Origin: Verrucomicrobiota bacterium
GTDB taxonomy: Bacteria; Verrucomicrobiota; Kiritimatiellia; CAIQIC01; JAGNIJ01
Length of the DNA stretch: 64,000 nucleotides
Reading direction: 5' to 3'
Assembly: GCA_043803015.1 (NCBI GenBank)
Contig: JAZDKK010000039.1
Location: forward strand, 2,708 to 66,707
The notes beneath the pieces are model-generated. The model made no database searches. It saw only the letters and a program-made list of their open reading frames with translations, and was not told where the DNA came from. Position 1 is the stretch's first letter. Every line of letters starts with the position of its first letter. Positions 55,590 to 64,000 of this stretch are shown here, piece after piece. Position numbers and translations under genes: made by a program.

Positions 55590-56388
55590 ATCGGTCCGCG
55601 CGCGCTTCTCGGCCGCGGCCAAGAGCTACGACGCCCATGCGGAGGTACAGAAGGCCGTTGCCGAGCGTCTGGCCGGCCTCCTGCCGAAGGACCTGTTGCC
55701 GGGCCGTATCCTTGAAGTAGGCTGCGGAACCGGTCTTCTGACGAAACACCTCCTCAAGCGTTTCCCCAACACGAGCCTGGACGCCCTCGACCTGTCCGAG
55801 CGCATGATTCAGCGAGCCAAGGCCCGGTTCCCCGAGGAGACGCGGATCCGCTGGCTGATCGCTGATGCGGCGAAGTACCAGCCGCGCCTGAATTATCCTC
55901 TCATTGCCAGCAGTTGCTCCCTTCACTGGTTGCCCGACCTGGTTGAGGGCATGCGCCATATCGCCGGTCTCCTGGAAACCGGCGGCACCTTCGCGTTTGC
56001 CATCATGGTCTACGGCACGCTGTCCGAACTGCGTGAGGCGCGGCTGCGCGTGGCGCCGCACAAGCCGCCGCTCCGCCGCCTTCCGACCGCCTCGGAAGTC
56101 CGCGAATGCGTCCGCCTGTCCGGACTCACGATCACGCAATCCGAGGAGGAATACTACCCCTCCCTCTACCCGAGCGGCCGATCGCTGCTGACCACGCTTC
56201 ACGACCAGGGCCTCACTGGCGGGGAGATCTCGCACGCCATGCTCCCGCTCAACCGGCAGGAAATCAAAGACCTGGCCCACGACTACGAGGAGCACTACGC
56301 GCGAGCCGATGGGGAGGTGGTGGCTTCGTTCAGGGTGCTCTTCGTCGTCGCGATCCGGGCCGCCGGGGGATCTGCCGAGAGGCACTAG
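55567..56388 (+). CDS. bioC: malonyl-ACP O-methyltransferase
   Basis: FSAAAKSYDAHAEVQ and the SAM motif ILEVGCGTGLLT. It overlaps the upstream hydrolase gene by 23 nt. Confidence 0.8.
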   Translation: MNLDRHSESVRARFSAAAKSYDAHAEVQKAVAERLAGLLPKDLLPGRILEVGCGTGLLTKHLLKRFPNTSLDALDLSERMIQRAKARFPEETRIRWLIADAAKYQPRLNYPLIASSCSLHWLPDLVEGMRHIAGLLETGGTFAFAIMVYGTLSELREARLRVAPHKPPLRRLPTASEVRECVRLSGLTITQSEEEYYPSLYPSGRSLLTTLHDQGLTGGEISHAMLPLNRQEIKDLAHDYEEHYARADGEVVASFRVLFVVAIRAAGGSAERH

Positions 56389-57254
56389 GCCTGGCTCCGC
56401 GGCTCCGCGTGGATGGTGGCTTCCACGTGCAGCTCTTCGCGTACGGCGCGCTCGATTGCCGTGGCCTTCGCGTGCACCTCGCCGATCGTCATCCCGGGCG
56501 GGAACCGGACGTGGAACGTCAGTTCCACGTGTTCCCCGTAGCGATGCACGTGGAAGTGATGAGGGGCCGTTCCCTCCGGCGCTTTCTCCCGGAGAATCGC
56601 CTGGATGCGCTGTTCCATGTCGGCGTCCGCGGCCTCGCCGACGAGGGAGCTGGACGCATCCCGGAGGATGTCGTACGTCGCGTACAGGATCAGCAGGGAC
56701 ACGAGAATCCCCATGACGCCGTCGATCCACCACGCCATTCGCCCCAGCAGCGCGCCGACCACGATCAGCGCCGAGGCCACTGCATCGCTCCGGTGGTGCC
56801 AGCCGTCGGCGATGAGCGACTGCGCGCCCGTTCTCCTTCCCGCCCAGATCGAGAATCGCGCAAGCCCTTCCTTAAGGAAGACGGAGACCAGGAACACCGC
56901 GATAGACCCCACGCCGAACACGGCCCCCCTGTAATGGAGGAGTCTCATGATCGATTCCTGGAGGAACCGAACACCCACCACCGCCAGCAGCGTGCCGATC
57001 ACAACAGCCGCTATCACCTCCGCGCGGCCGTGCCCAAAAGGGTGTTTCTCGTCCGGCTTCCGGGAGGCGATCCAGAAACCGAGCAAGACCACCACGGAGG
57101 TCAGCGTGTCTGAAAGCGTGTGCCAGGCATCGGCAATCATCGCGATCGAGCCGCACAGGATCCCCACCCAGTACTTGAGGCCGAAGAGCGCCGTATTCAG
57201 GACAACCGACACCCATCCTTCGATGTAGCCGAGCCTTTTGGTTTCCGCCTTCAT
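56385..57254 (-). CDS. cation diffusion facilitator (CDF) family metal efflux transporter
   Basis: Start at MKAETKRLGYIEGW. It contains ADAWHTLSD and DGWHHRSD metal-site motifs, six TM helices and a C-terminal cytoplasmic domain. Confidence 0.85.
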   Translation of the reverse strand: MKAETKRLGYIEGWVSVVLNTALFGLKYWVGILCGSIAMIADAWHTLSDTLTSVVVLLGFWIASRKPDEKHPFGHGRAEVIAAVVIGTLLAVVGVRFLQESIMRLLHYRGAVFGVGSIAVFLVSVFLKEGLARFSIWAGRRTGAQSLIADGWHHRSDAVASALIVVGALLGRMAWWIDGVMGILVSLLILYATYDILRDASSSLVGEAADADMEQRIQAILREKAPEGTAPHHFHVHRYGEHVELTFHVRFPPGMTIGEVHAKATAIERAVREELHVEATIHAEPRSQA

Positions 57255-57512
57255 GGTCCGCGCATTCTTGCTCTGGCCCGCTCCGCCTGCAACAGATTTC
57301 TGACCGGCGCGCCGCGGCCGATGCGCCGCGGCCGATATGCCGCCGTCGGCACAGCGGCCGGCCTCGAGCTTGCAGCCGGTTCCAGTCATTCTGCAGTTCG
57401 CAACGCGATCTCTGCGCGTCCGTCCCGCGGACGAGGGAAGTTGTTGCGACGCCGCACAATCTACGCGGCAACGTCGCTTGAAATCCTGCGCGATTCCCGG
57501 GATGATGAGGCC

Positions 57513-58229
57513 GTGCAGAGCCTCTTCCTAACCGGCACGGATACCGGCGTCGGCAAGACCGTCCTCGCCGCGGCCCTGCTCGCCGCCGCACGCGCCCGGG
57601 GCATCGACGCCGTCCCCATGAAGCCCGTCCAGACCGGCTGTCTCCGGCGGGGCCGCACGCTGGCCGCACCTGACCTTGAATTTTGCCTCTCAGCGGCAGA
57701 CCTCGAGCCCGCGCCCGAAGAACTCCGCTGGATGTGTCCCTATCGTTTCATGTTGGCCTCCTCTCCCCATCTCGCGGCCAGAAAGGCCCGCGTCCATATA
57801 CTGGAAGGTTTCATCGCGAGGAATTTCCGAAGAATTCTGACACAACATGAAGCGGTGGTGGTCGAGGGCGCCGGCGGCGTGCTGGTCCCGATCGGCGACC
57901 GGCGGACCATGCTCGACCTCATGAAGACGCTCGGCCTTCCCGTCCTGCTCGCCGCCAGGCCGGGCCTCGGCACGCTCAATCACACCCTCCTGTCCCTCCG
58001 CGAGCTTCGCCGCGCCGGCCTCCGGATCCTTGGCGTCGTCTTCGTGGACTCGGCCCGCACAACGTGGGGCGCGATCGAACGCGACAACCTCCGCACGATC
58101 CGGAAGCTGGGCGGCGTTCCGTTCGTCGGCCGCCTGTCCTACCTGCCCGGCTTCGCACGCGGGCGGCCGACGAACCGCGAGCGCAGACAGATCGACAGGT
58201 TTTTCCGAGCCTTGGAAGAACATCTCTGA
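57513..58229 (+). CDS. bioD: dethiobiotin synthetase
   Basis: There is no in-frame ATG near the conserved N-terminus. GTG 57513 gives (M)QSLFLTGTDTGVGKT (P-loop). EGAGG follows downstream. The start is uncertain. Confidence 0.8.
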   Translation: MQSLFLTGTDTGVGKTVLAAALLAAARARGIDAVPMKPVQTGCLRRGRTLAAPDLEFCLSAADLEPAPEELRWMCPYRFMLASSPHLAARKARVHILEGFIARNFRRILTQHEAVVVEGAGGVLVPIGDRRTMLDLMKTLGLPVLLAARPGLGTLNHTLLSLRELRRAGLRILGVVFVDSARTTWGAIERDNLRTIRKLGGVPFVGRLSYLPGFARGRPTNRERRQIDRFFRALEEHL

Positions 58230-58291
58230 GATCCTCCGGCCTTGGAGCGCCCGCGTGCGACGGCATTCACCCGGGCGCGGCCACCGAGGAC

Positions 58292-58328
58292 CCGTCTTCG
58301 CTTCGCTTCGCCGAGGCAAGCGGTGGCC
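58292..58328. repeat. GC-rich repeat unit (same as 34081-34121)
   Basis: ccgtcttcgcttcgcttcgccgaggcaagcggtggccc. It lies upstream of rlmN. Confidence 0.6.
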
Positions 58329-58357
58329 CTCCCCTGCGAACGCTGGTATACTGATCC

Positions 58358-59434
58358 GTGATGAACGCGCGGTCTCCATCGCTGTATGATCTGAGCCTTT
58401 CCGAACTCGAGCACCTGATGAAGGCCTGGGGCGAGCCGGCGTACCGCGCCCAGCAAATCTACAAGCAACTCTACGTCAACCTCGCCGAAAGCCCGTCGGC
58501 CATGACCAATCTGCCGCAGGCCTTGCGCGAGCGTCTTGCAAGGGAGACACGGATGCCGGATCTGGACCTCGTGCGGGTCCAGACCGGCGACCGCGGCATG
58601 ACGCGGAAGGCGCTCTTCAGAGTGTCTGACAAGGCGCCGGTCGAGGCGGTGCTGATGATCTATCCCGACCGGGCGACGGTCTGCGTCTCGACGCAATCCG
58701 GCTGCGCCGTGGATTGCTCTTTCTGCGCCACGGGCAAGATGGGCTTCAAGCAGAACCTGACGGCGGGACAGATGATCGAGCAGGTCCTCTGGGCGGCGCG
58801 CGAGCTGAAGGCTGCCGGACCCGGCAGCCCGAAGCTCTCGAACATCGTCTACATGGGCATGGGCGAGCCGTTCAACAACTACGACCGCTGGTGGGCCTCC
58901 GTCGAACGGCTCCACGACCCCAAGGGGTTCAACATGGGCGCGCGCGGGTTCACCGTCTCCACCGTCGGGATCGTGCCCGGCATCCGCCGGCTGGCGCTAG
59001 AGAAACTGCCGGTCAACCTTGCCATCTCCCTTCACGCGCCGGACGACGACCTCCGCTCCAAGCTGGTGCCGATCAACAAGCGCTACCCGATCTCAGCCGT
59101 CATCGATGCCGTGCGCGACTACACCGAGCGGACGCACCGGCGGGTCTCCTTCGAATACGTGCTGCTCGAGGGCGTGAACGACAGCCCCGACCAGGCGCTC
59201 AGGCTGGCCAGGCTTCTCCGCGGGGAGCACGAGGAGAAGCGCCCCCTGCTCTGCCACGTCAACCTCATCCCGTGGAACCCGGTGCCGGGCATGCCGCTCA
59301 CCCCGTCCGCGCGCAGGCGCGTGCTCGACTTCGAGAAGGTCCTGCAGAACCACCACGTGCCCTGCACCATCCGAGTCCAGCGGGGGGTGGACATCGCCGC
59401 GGCGTGCGGACAGCTGGCGGGCAGTGCCCGATGA
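58358..59434 (+). CDS. rlmN: 23S rRNA/tRNA (adenine-C2)-methyltransferase RlmN (radical SAM)
   Basis: GEPAYRAQQIYKQLY. CVSTQSGCAVDCSFCATG. GMGEP. C-terminal CGQL. Confidence 0.9.
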   Translation: MMNARSPSLYDLSLSELEHLMKAWGEPAYRAQQIYKQLYVNLAESPSAMTNLPQALRERLARETRMPDLDLVRVQTGDRGMTRKALFRVSDKAPVEAVLMIYPDRATVCVSTQSGCAVDCSFCATGKMGFKQNLTAGQMIEQVLWAARELKAAGPGSPKLSNIVYMGMGEPFNNYDRWWASVERLHDPKGFNMGARGFTVSTVGIVPGIRRLALEKLPVNLAISLHAPDDDLRSKLVPINKRYPISAVIDAVRDYTERTHRRVSFEYVLLEGVNDSPDQALRLARLLRGEHEEKRPLLCHVNLIPWNPVPGMPLTPSARRRVLDFEKVLQNHHVPCTIRVQRGVDIAAACGQLAGSAR

Positions 59435-59468
59435 AGGGCGACAGCGCAGAGCACCGCGTATTCGCACG

Positions 59469-59519
59469 TTTTCCAACCCTTGGAAAAATCGGTGGCTATT
59501 TTTCCAAACATTGGAAGAA
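59469..59519. repeat. pair of AT-rich palindromes TTTTCCAA-CCC-TTGGAAAA and TTTTTCCAA-ACA-TTGGAAGAA
   Basis: The centres are 31 nt apart, exactly as at 25211-25263. The element ends 10 nt before the bioA ATG. Confidence 0.75.
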
Positions 59520-59528
59520 TAGGGCCGC

Positions 59529-60800
59529 ATGAAGACACGCGACCTGTCGGCGGCCGACCGCGAGCACCTCTGGCATCCGTACACGAAGTTCTCGTCGCTT
59601 GATGCCGGGCCGGTCCCCATGATCGTCCACGGCGAGGGCATCCACCTCCTGGACAGCGCCGGCCGCCGATACATCGACGCCATCTCGTCGTGGTGGGCCT
59701 GCAGCCTGGGCCACGGGCATCCGCGGATCATCGAGGCCATCTGCCGCCAGGCGGGCGAACTGCAGCACAGCATCCTCGGCAACCTCACCCACCCCCGCGC
59801 CGTCGAGCTCGCCGCGAGGCTGGCCTCGCTCATGCCCTCGCCGGACCGCCATGTGCTCTTCTCGAGCGACGGCTCGAGCGCGGTCGAGGCGGCACTGAAG
59901 ATCGCGCTCCAGTACTGGCATAACCTCGGCCACCGGAGGCGCCTGCGGTTCGCCGCGCTGGAAAACGCGTACCACGGCGACACGCTCGGCGCCGTTTCCG
60001 TCGGCTACCTGGAGGGATTCCATTCCGCCTTCCATCCCGTCGTGTTCCCCGTCCAACGGCTGTCCCTGCAAGAGGATTTCGAGACGGTCGAGGGCATCCT
60101 GGATGAGCAGGCCGAGGACCTCGCGGCGGTGATCGTCGAACCGCTATGCCAGTGCGCGGCAGGGATGAAGATGTACCCGGCGGAATACCTTAAAGAGCTC
60201 GCGGCGCTTTGTCGCGACCACAAGGTCCTCCTGATCGCGGACGAGATCGCGACCGGCCTCGGCCGCACGGGCACGATGTTCGCCTTCGAGCAGGCCGGCA
60301 TCGACCCGGACATCGTGTGCGTGGGCAAGGCGCTGTCCGCGGGCTACCTGCCGATCAGCGCGGCCATCGTGAAGGACGAGATCTACCGCACGTTCAGCGA
60401 CCAGGGCCACGACTGCACCTTCTACCATGGTCACACGTTCGCCGGGAATCCGATCGCCGCGGCGGCCGCGCTGGCGACGCTGGAGATCTATGACGAGGCG
60501 CATGTCGTGGAGGATGCGGCTCGGAAAGGGCTGCTGCTCGAGGAATGGATGGCGCCGCTGGCCAATCTCCCGACGGTGGACGAGGTACGCTGCCTCGGCA
60601 TGATCGGCGCGGTCGAACTGAAACCCGACACCGGTTCCCCGCCACGCCCCCGCCGCGTGCAGAAGCTCCTGCTCGAGCAGGGCATCCTGCTCCGCCCCCT
60701 CGGCCAGGTTGTTTACCTCATGCCGCCGCTCATCACGCCGGACGACACGCTGCACGGACTGGTCGTCGCATTGCGCGACGCCATCGAGGCGGCGGGCTAG
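59529..60800 (+). CDS. bioA: adenosylmethionine-8-amino-7-oxononanoate aminotransferase
   Basis: 423 aa. HLWHPYT. SSWWACSLGH. DEIATGLGRTG. The PLP lysine context CVGKALSAGY. Confidence 0.9.
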   Translation: MKTRDLSAADREHLWHPYTKFSSLDAGPVPMIVHGEGIHLLDSAGRRYIDAISSWWACSLGHGHPRIIEAICRQAGELQHSILGNLTHPRAVELAARLASLMPSPDRHVLFSSDGSSAVEAALKIALQYWHNLGHRRRLRFAALENAYHGDTLGAVSVGYLEGFHSAFHPVVFPVQRLSLQEDFETVEGILDEQAEDLAAVIVEPLCQCAAGMKMYPAEYLKELAALCRDHKVLLIADEIATGLGRTGTMFAFEQAGIDPDIVCVGKALSAGYLPISAAIVKDEIYRTFSDQGHDCTFYHGHTFAGNPIAAAAALATLEIYDEAHVVEDAARKGLLLEEWMAPLANLPTVDEVRCLGMIGAVELKPDTGSPPRPRRVQKLLLEQGILLRPLGQVVYLMPPLITPDDTLHGLVVALRDAIEAAG

Positions 60801-61077
60801 TGACCTATGTCCGGTTCATGCCGTGGTGGACTGCGATCTCCGAGCGCGGTCAGACGCCGCCCGGAGGTCGGCATCCACCCCTCATCGAGCAGCGTTTGCG
60901 GTTGACCCCGGATTGCGAGCAACAGCATGTTTAGTAATGCATCAGTCTGAACCCTCGCCCCGGCGAATAATCCCTTTGCTGGTTTTGCCGGACTAAGAAA
61001 CAGCGGTCTGACATCGCAGAAAAGTTGGCGTGCGTAGGTGCTTGAAGTGCAAGTAGTTAAGGTATTTGCTTAAAGAA

Positions 61078-61109
61078 TTGACTTGCACGTGGTTAACCTA
61101 TAGGTTAAC
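61078..61109 (+). promoter_or_regulatory. candidate promoter (-35 TTGACT) with an 18-bp perfect palindrome operator, GTTAACCTATAGGTTAAC, just upstream of the toxin gene
   Basis: TTGACT lies at 61078-61083. The palindrome lies at 61092-61109 and covers the expected -10 (TATAGG/TAGGTT). The ATG is at 61115. Confidence 0.4.
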
Positions 61110-61114
61110 GTTTC

Positions 61115-61552
61115 ATGAAGTTGAGGCTCATCATGGATGGGACCAGGTTCACCGTCTTTGAGATGGGAGATTCAGATGAGTTGGGCAAATTCATGCAAGA
61201 CCTCGATCAGCACCGCGGTAAGGAGTCCCTGCGGCTCGCAAGGCGGATCGATCAGTTGGCGAATTTGGGGGCGAGCAGGAAGCATGACGAGTTCAACGTA
61301 ATAGGTGAGGGACTTTTCGAGGCCAAGACCAGATACGGCGCACGTGTCGCATTCTTCTATGATGCTGGACATTTGGTGATCTGCGCGAATACCTATCTCA
61401 AGCAAACGGATCGCGCGCCAAAGAATTTCATTGCTACTGCACGTGCACGAAAACGGCAGTATGAGCAAGCAAAAGCCCGGCGCGAGGAGGTAGAAATCAT
61501 TCTCGACGATAATCAGGTAATGCCCAGGAGGCTCCCGACATGGTCAAGGTAA
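61115..61552 (+). CDS. RelE/ParE-superfamily toxin of the Gp49/HigB-like (DUF891) type
   Basis: 145 aa. The block GEGLFEAKTRYGARVAFFYDAGHLVICANTYLKQTDRAPKNFIATA matches the Gp49-like pattern (fe.r...g..R+.ff.d....v+l..f.KKt.ktP). It lies in low-GC DNA. Confidence 0.7.
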   Translation: MKLRLIMDGTRFTVFEMGDSDELGKFMQDLDQHRGKESLRLARRIDQLANLGASRKHDEFNVIGEGLFEAKTRYGARVAFFYDAGHLVICANTYLKQTDRAPKNFIATARARKRQYEQAKARREEVEIILDDNQVMPRRLPTWSR

Positions 61553-61977
61553 TCCACGATAACTCCAAGTTCGATTACGAGGGCGCGTTTGAAAAGGCGC
61601 GCGAGCAACTTGGCTACTGGCAGGAGGACATCCTCCTGACTGTTGCACGTCGGATCATTGATGAAATGGATGATCAGGATGTGAGCCGGGCCGAACTGGC
61701 GCGCCGGATGGACGTTTCTCCCGCGTACATTACGAAGATACTCAGGGGCCACGCCAACCTGTCGCTTGAGAGTTTGGCATCTGTTGCCTTCTCTTTGAAC
61801 AAGCGATGGGAATGTGTGATGACTGATTTCGGCGAGCAGTATAATTCGTACTGCGTCGAATCGAAACACACGCTGGCTCTTGGATCAAGAAACGAAAACG
61901 CGGCTGCACAAGCCGCGTTTTCGGTATCCACGCCCATGATGCAGCCACAGGCAAAAGTACTGGCAGAGGCCGCGTAG
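61540..61977 (+). CDS. XRE-family helix-turn-helix antitoxin (HigA-like) with an extended C-terminal tail
   Basis: It overlaps the toxin gene by 13 nt. An AGGAGG Shine-Dalgarno lies upstream. The HTH is SRAELARRMDVSPAYITKILRGHANLSLESL. About 55 extra C-terminal residues follow. Confidence 0.7.
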   Translation: MVKVIHDNSKFDYEGAFEKAREQLGYWQEDILLTVARRIIDEMDDQDVSRAELARRMDVSPAYITKILRGHANLSLESLASVAFSLNKRWECVMTDFGEQYNSYCVESKHTLALGSRNENAAAQAAFSVSTPMMQPQAKVLAEAA

Positions 61978-61989
61978 GAGCAACCGCTA

Positions 61990-62463
61990 ATGATCGTTCC
62001 TTTTGAAATTGAGCATTTTGAAATCCTTCAACTGAACATTGAAGCGAACGAAGTATTCGATAAGACCAGCACCGAGCGAACCGCTCTGCTCAAGGCACAG
62101 ATGTCTGTGAGTTGCCATGAGAAAGACCCTCGCCGGTGGCGGCTCACGCTGGCCCTAGAAATAGACGCGGAAAAACCGGAAGAAAAGAAGTTGTTGCCCT
62201 ATCGCATGAGGATCACGGGGCGTGCCTATTTCCTGTTCAAAGAAGACGCTACGAAAGAAGCCGCAGAACACACGTTGCGTCTTAATGGGGCATCGATTCT
62301 TTACGGGCTCCTGCGTGCGCAAGTCTTCAACATAACCGCTTTGTCGATCAACGAGCCGTATCTGCTGGACACGATGAATTTCGTGCAAGCAGAGAAGCAG
62401 CACCTCAAAGAACCGCCCGCAAAGGAGCAGGCCCAAGCCGCAGAGGCAAAGACCGGAGTCTAG
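61990..62463 (+). CDS. SecB-like chaperone (third component of a toxin-antitoxin-chaperone module)
   Basis: 157 aa, with AGGAG 9-10 nt upstream. Its topology is SecB-like: FEILQLNIEAN..., ...RITGRAYFLF...AEHTLRLNGASILYGLLRAQVFNIT...EPYLLDTMNF. The call is made by eye only. Confidence 0.6.
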   Translation: MIVPFEIEHFEILQLNIEANEVFDKTSTERTALLKAQMSVSCHEKDPRRWRLTLALEIDAEKPEEKKLLPYRMRITGRAYFLFKEDATKEAAEHTLRLNGASILYGLLRAQVFNITALSINEPYLLDTMNFVQAEKQHLKEPPAKEQAQAAEAKTGV

Positions 62464-62640
62464 GCTTTGGCCGGGAGGAGAGGTCCCCTTAAGAGACGTA
62501 CAGGGCCTAGCCCTGCAATCTGCGATTCCGCCTCAGGGCCACAGACCGAGCGCGGCCTTGGATGAGCTTGCCGAGCGACCGGCGTGGGGGGCCAGAGTGC
62601 AAGGTTGAGGATCGGCCGGCCCAGCGGTCCAGCCGTACCT

Positions 62641-64000
62641 TCATTCGCGGTAGATCCCCTCCGTCTTGTAGATGCACGCGCCTTGGAGGCTCAGGGGCTC
62701 AAGACCGTACTTCTTGCGCAGTGGGCCGAGGAGCTTCTGCTCGGCCTCGACAGGATCCGGCGAGACCATCGCCCAGTCGAGCTTGTGCTCCTTCACGGCC
62801 GCCACCAGGTCGTCCGCCGACAGGTCGTACGGCCGGACGACCACGGAGAACCCGCCGAGGTAGTACACAAAAATGGCGCACGGAATCGGTTTCTCGCCGA
62901 GCCAGTAGTGCATGGGCGTGACCAGCACCCGGTCGCCTTCCCGCGCCAGCCGGTTCAACGTCAGCGCCGCTTCGCGCGACGCGTACGAGCCCCACCAGAT
63001 CGGCCACTCGCGCTGACGCAGTGACTCCTCGTAATCCCGGCCCCACGCGTTCCAGACGAACGCCCAGGCCACCAGGATCGCGAGCCCGCCGGCCAGCAGG
63101 CGCGGGCCCGCCCGGCCCAGGGCGGGCGTGCGCTCGAACAGGCTGCGGAGCGCGCGGACCAGGCCGTCCGCTCCGACGCCCTGGAGCGTCGCCAACGTCG
63201 GATACAAGGCCACCACGAACCACGGCGCCTTGCCCCGCATGACGCTGAGGAGCAGGTACGCGGGCACGAGAACAGCCAAGGGCCAGAGAACGCTGGAAGA
63301 GACGAATGGGCGAATCCTCCTTCGCCCTTCGGGCTTCCGCCTTCGCCAAGGCTTCGGCGGACAAGCCGGAGGACAAGTGGGGGAATGGGCGTCTGGAGGT
63401 CGGACTCGCCAGATGGCAACAACACCTGCAAGGCACAGCGCGACTCCGCCCCACCCGAGATCCAGGGGCAGCAGCTTAAGGTAGAAGTACCACGGCCGGG
63501 TCCAGACGGAAATATCCGTGGCCGCCAGCGGCAGGCCGGTGACGAAGGCGAGGAAGTAGCGGAGCGCGGTGCTGAATCCGAGGTACCACCACCCCGACGT
63601 CACCCCCGCCAGGACGCCGATCAACACCAGATCGCGGATGCGGCGTTCAGGCCGTTCGCGGAACAGCCAGAGCACACCCACCGCCATGGCGTAGAACAGG
63701 GCTGTCTCCTTGCCGAGGAACGCGAGGCCCAGCAGAAGGCCTGCCAGCGGGGCGCGACGCCGCACGAACGCGTGGACGGCCAGCAAGCCGAAGAGGATCG
63801 CGAACACGTCCTGCTTGAGCCAGACATCGTGGAAGGCCGCGCCGGGCATCACGGCGTAGAAGAACGTGGCCCAGAGCGCCGGGCCGGCGCCAAGCGTTCG
63901 CCGGTTGAGCAGGAACAGCACGAGCGCGTTCAAGGTGCCCACGCAGATGACCAGGACCTGCGCCCGTTCGGCGAAGCCGGCCGCGAGCGGCCTCACCAGC
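62641..64000 (-). CDS. polytopic membrane glycosyltransferase, ArnT/PMT-like (GT39/GT83-type), N-terminus outside the window
   Basis: At least 451 aa are open to the window edge. There are many TM helices and a C-terminal soluble domain. The family call is tentative. It contains an in-frame GC-rich repeat at 63316-63377. Confidence 0.55.
   Translation of the reverse strand, partial: LVRPLAAGFAERAQVLVICVGTLNALVLFLLNRRTLGAGPALWATFFYAVMPGAAFHDVWLKQDVFAILFGLLAVHAFVRRRAPLAGLLLGLAFLGKETALFYAMAVGVLWLFRERPERRIRDLVLIGVLAGVTSGWWYLGFSTALRYFLAFVTGLPLAATDISVWTRPWYFYLKLLPLDLGWGGVALCLAGVVAIWRVRPPDAHSPTCPPACPPKPWRRRKPEGRRRIRPFVSSSVLWPLAVLVPAYLLLSVMRGKAPWFVVALYPTLATLQGVGADGLVRALRSLFERTPALGRAGPRLLAGGLAILVAWAFVWNAWGRDYEESLRQREWPIWWGSYASREAALTLNRLAREGDRVLVTPMHYWLGEKPIPCAIFVYYLGGFSVVVRPYDLSADDLVAAVKEHKLDWAMVSPDPVEAEQKLLGPLRKKYGLEPLSLQGACIYKTEGIYRE
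63316..63377 (+). repeat. GC-rich repeat unit embedded in frame in the glycosyltransferase CDS
   Basis: cctccttcgcccttcgggcttccgccttcgccaaggcttcggcggacaagccggaggacaag is near-identical to the reverse complement of 25127-25190. Confidence 0.7.

Noticed and set aside
60797-60928. A 43-codon minus-strand ORF (MLLLAIRGQPQTLLDEGWMPTSGRRLTALGDRSPPRHEPDIGH) abuts the bioA stop at the edge of the low-GC islet.
   Set aside because: It has no Shine-Dalgarno and no recognisable family, and its stop overlaps the bioA stop. It might be a remnant related to the islet's insertion, but I cannot support a call.

Overview
This is a gene-dense, high-GC bacterial chromosomal window. Most genes look about 65-70% GC by eye; nothing was computed. 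I found no rRNA, CRISPR array, transposase or integrase.

Contents from left to right:
- A partial AbiEi/AbiEii-type toxin-antitoxin pair at the left edge, then pgi, a DUF62 SAM hydrolase, and membrane and outer-membrane proteins.
- A lower-GC block of about 13.4 kb (5.7-19.1 kb). It encodes a roughly 1925-aa multi-LamG/beta-helix surface protein, translationally coupled to a 2238-aa transglutaminase-RHS polymorphic toxin. The toxin has an HExxH C-terminal tip and an overlapping candidate immunity gene.
- A tightly coupled five-gene operon (19.3-25.1 kb): PqqD-like protein, DUF362, B12-binding radical SAM enzyme, HprK-like kinase, and a signal-peptidase-like domain fused to an NTP_transf_5 nucleotidyltransferase. 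It looks like RiPP or peptide-modification machinery, but it has no recognisable precursor or cyclase. I rate it the best candidate for an undescribed system.
- Pterin genes (folE, folB, an SDR).
- An NfeD/NfeD/bactofilin-like/FloA membrane-microdomain operon.
- tRNA-Leu(CAA), preceded by a repeat-disrupted copy of its own 5' half.
- A hybrid histidine kinase and a response regulator.
- A long co-directional metabolic operon (38.6-51.7 kb): thiolase-DUF35, DUF1080, DUF2877-FdrA-DUF1116, a cyclase-family protein, a three-subunit molybdenum hydroxylase and nadA.
- A dispersed biotin cluster (bioB, bioF, a bioH-like gene, bioC, bioD, bioA) interleaved with a CDF transporter and rlmN.
- A low-GC islet of about 1.6 kb carrying a toxin-antitoxin-SecB-like chaperone (TAC) module.
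- A partial ArnT/PMT-like glycosyltransferase at the right edge.

Several short repeat families populate the intergenic DNA, and three copies sit in frame inside coding sequences. These are nested CCCTCACC/CCCTCTCCC palindromes, AT-rich TTTTCCAA-N3-TTGGAAAA palindrome pairs, and GC-rich CCGCCTTCGCC...GGCGGACAAG units. From memory these repeats resemble those of PVC-superphylum genomes (Kiritimatiellota or Verrucomicrobiota), but that is an unverified guess.

All functional calls rest on motif and family recognition by eye from the translated ORFs. No database search was run.
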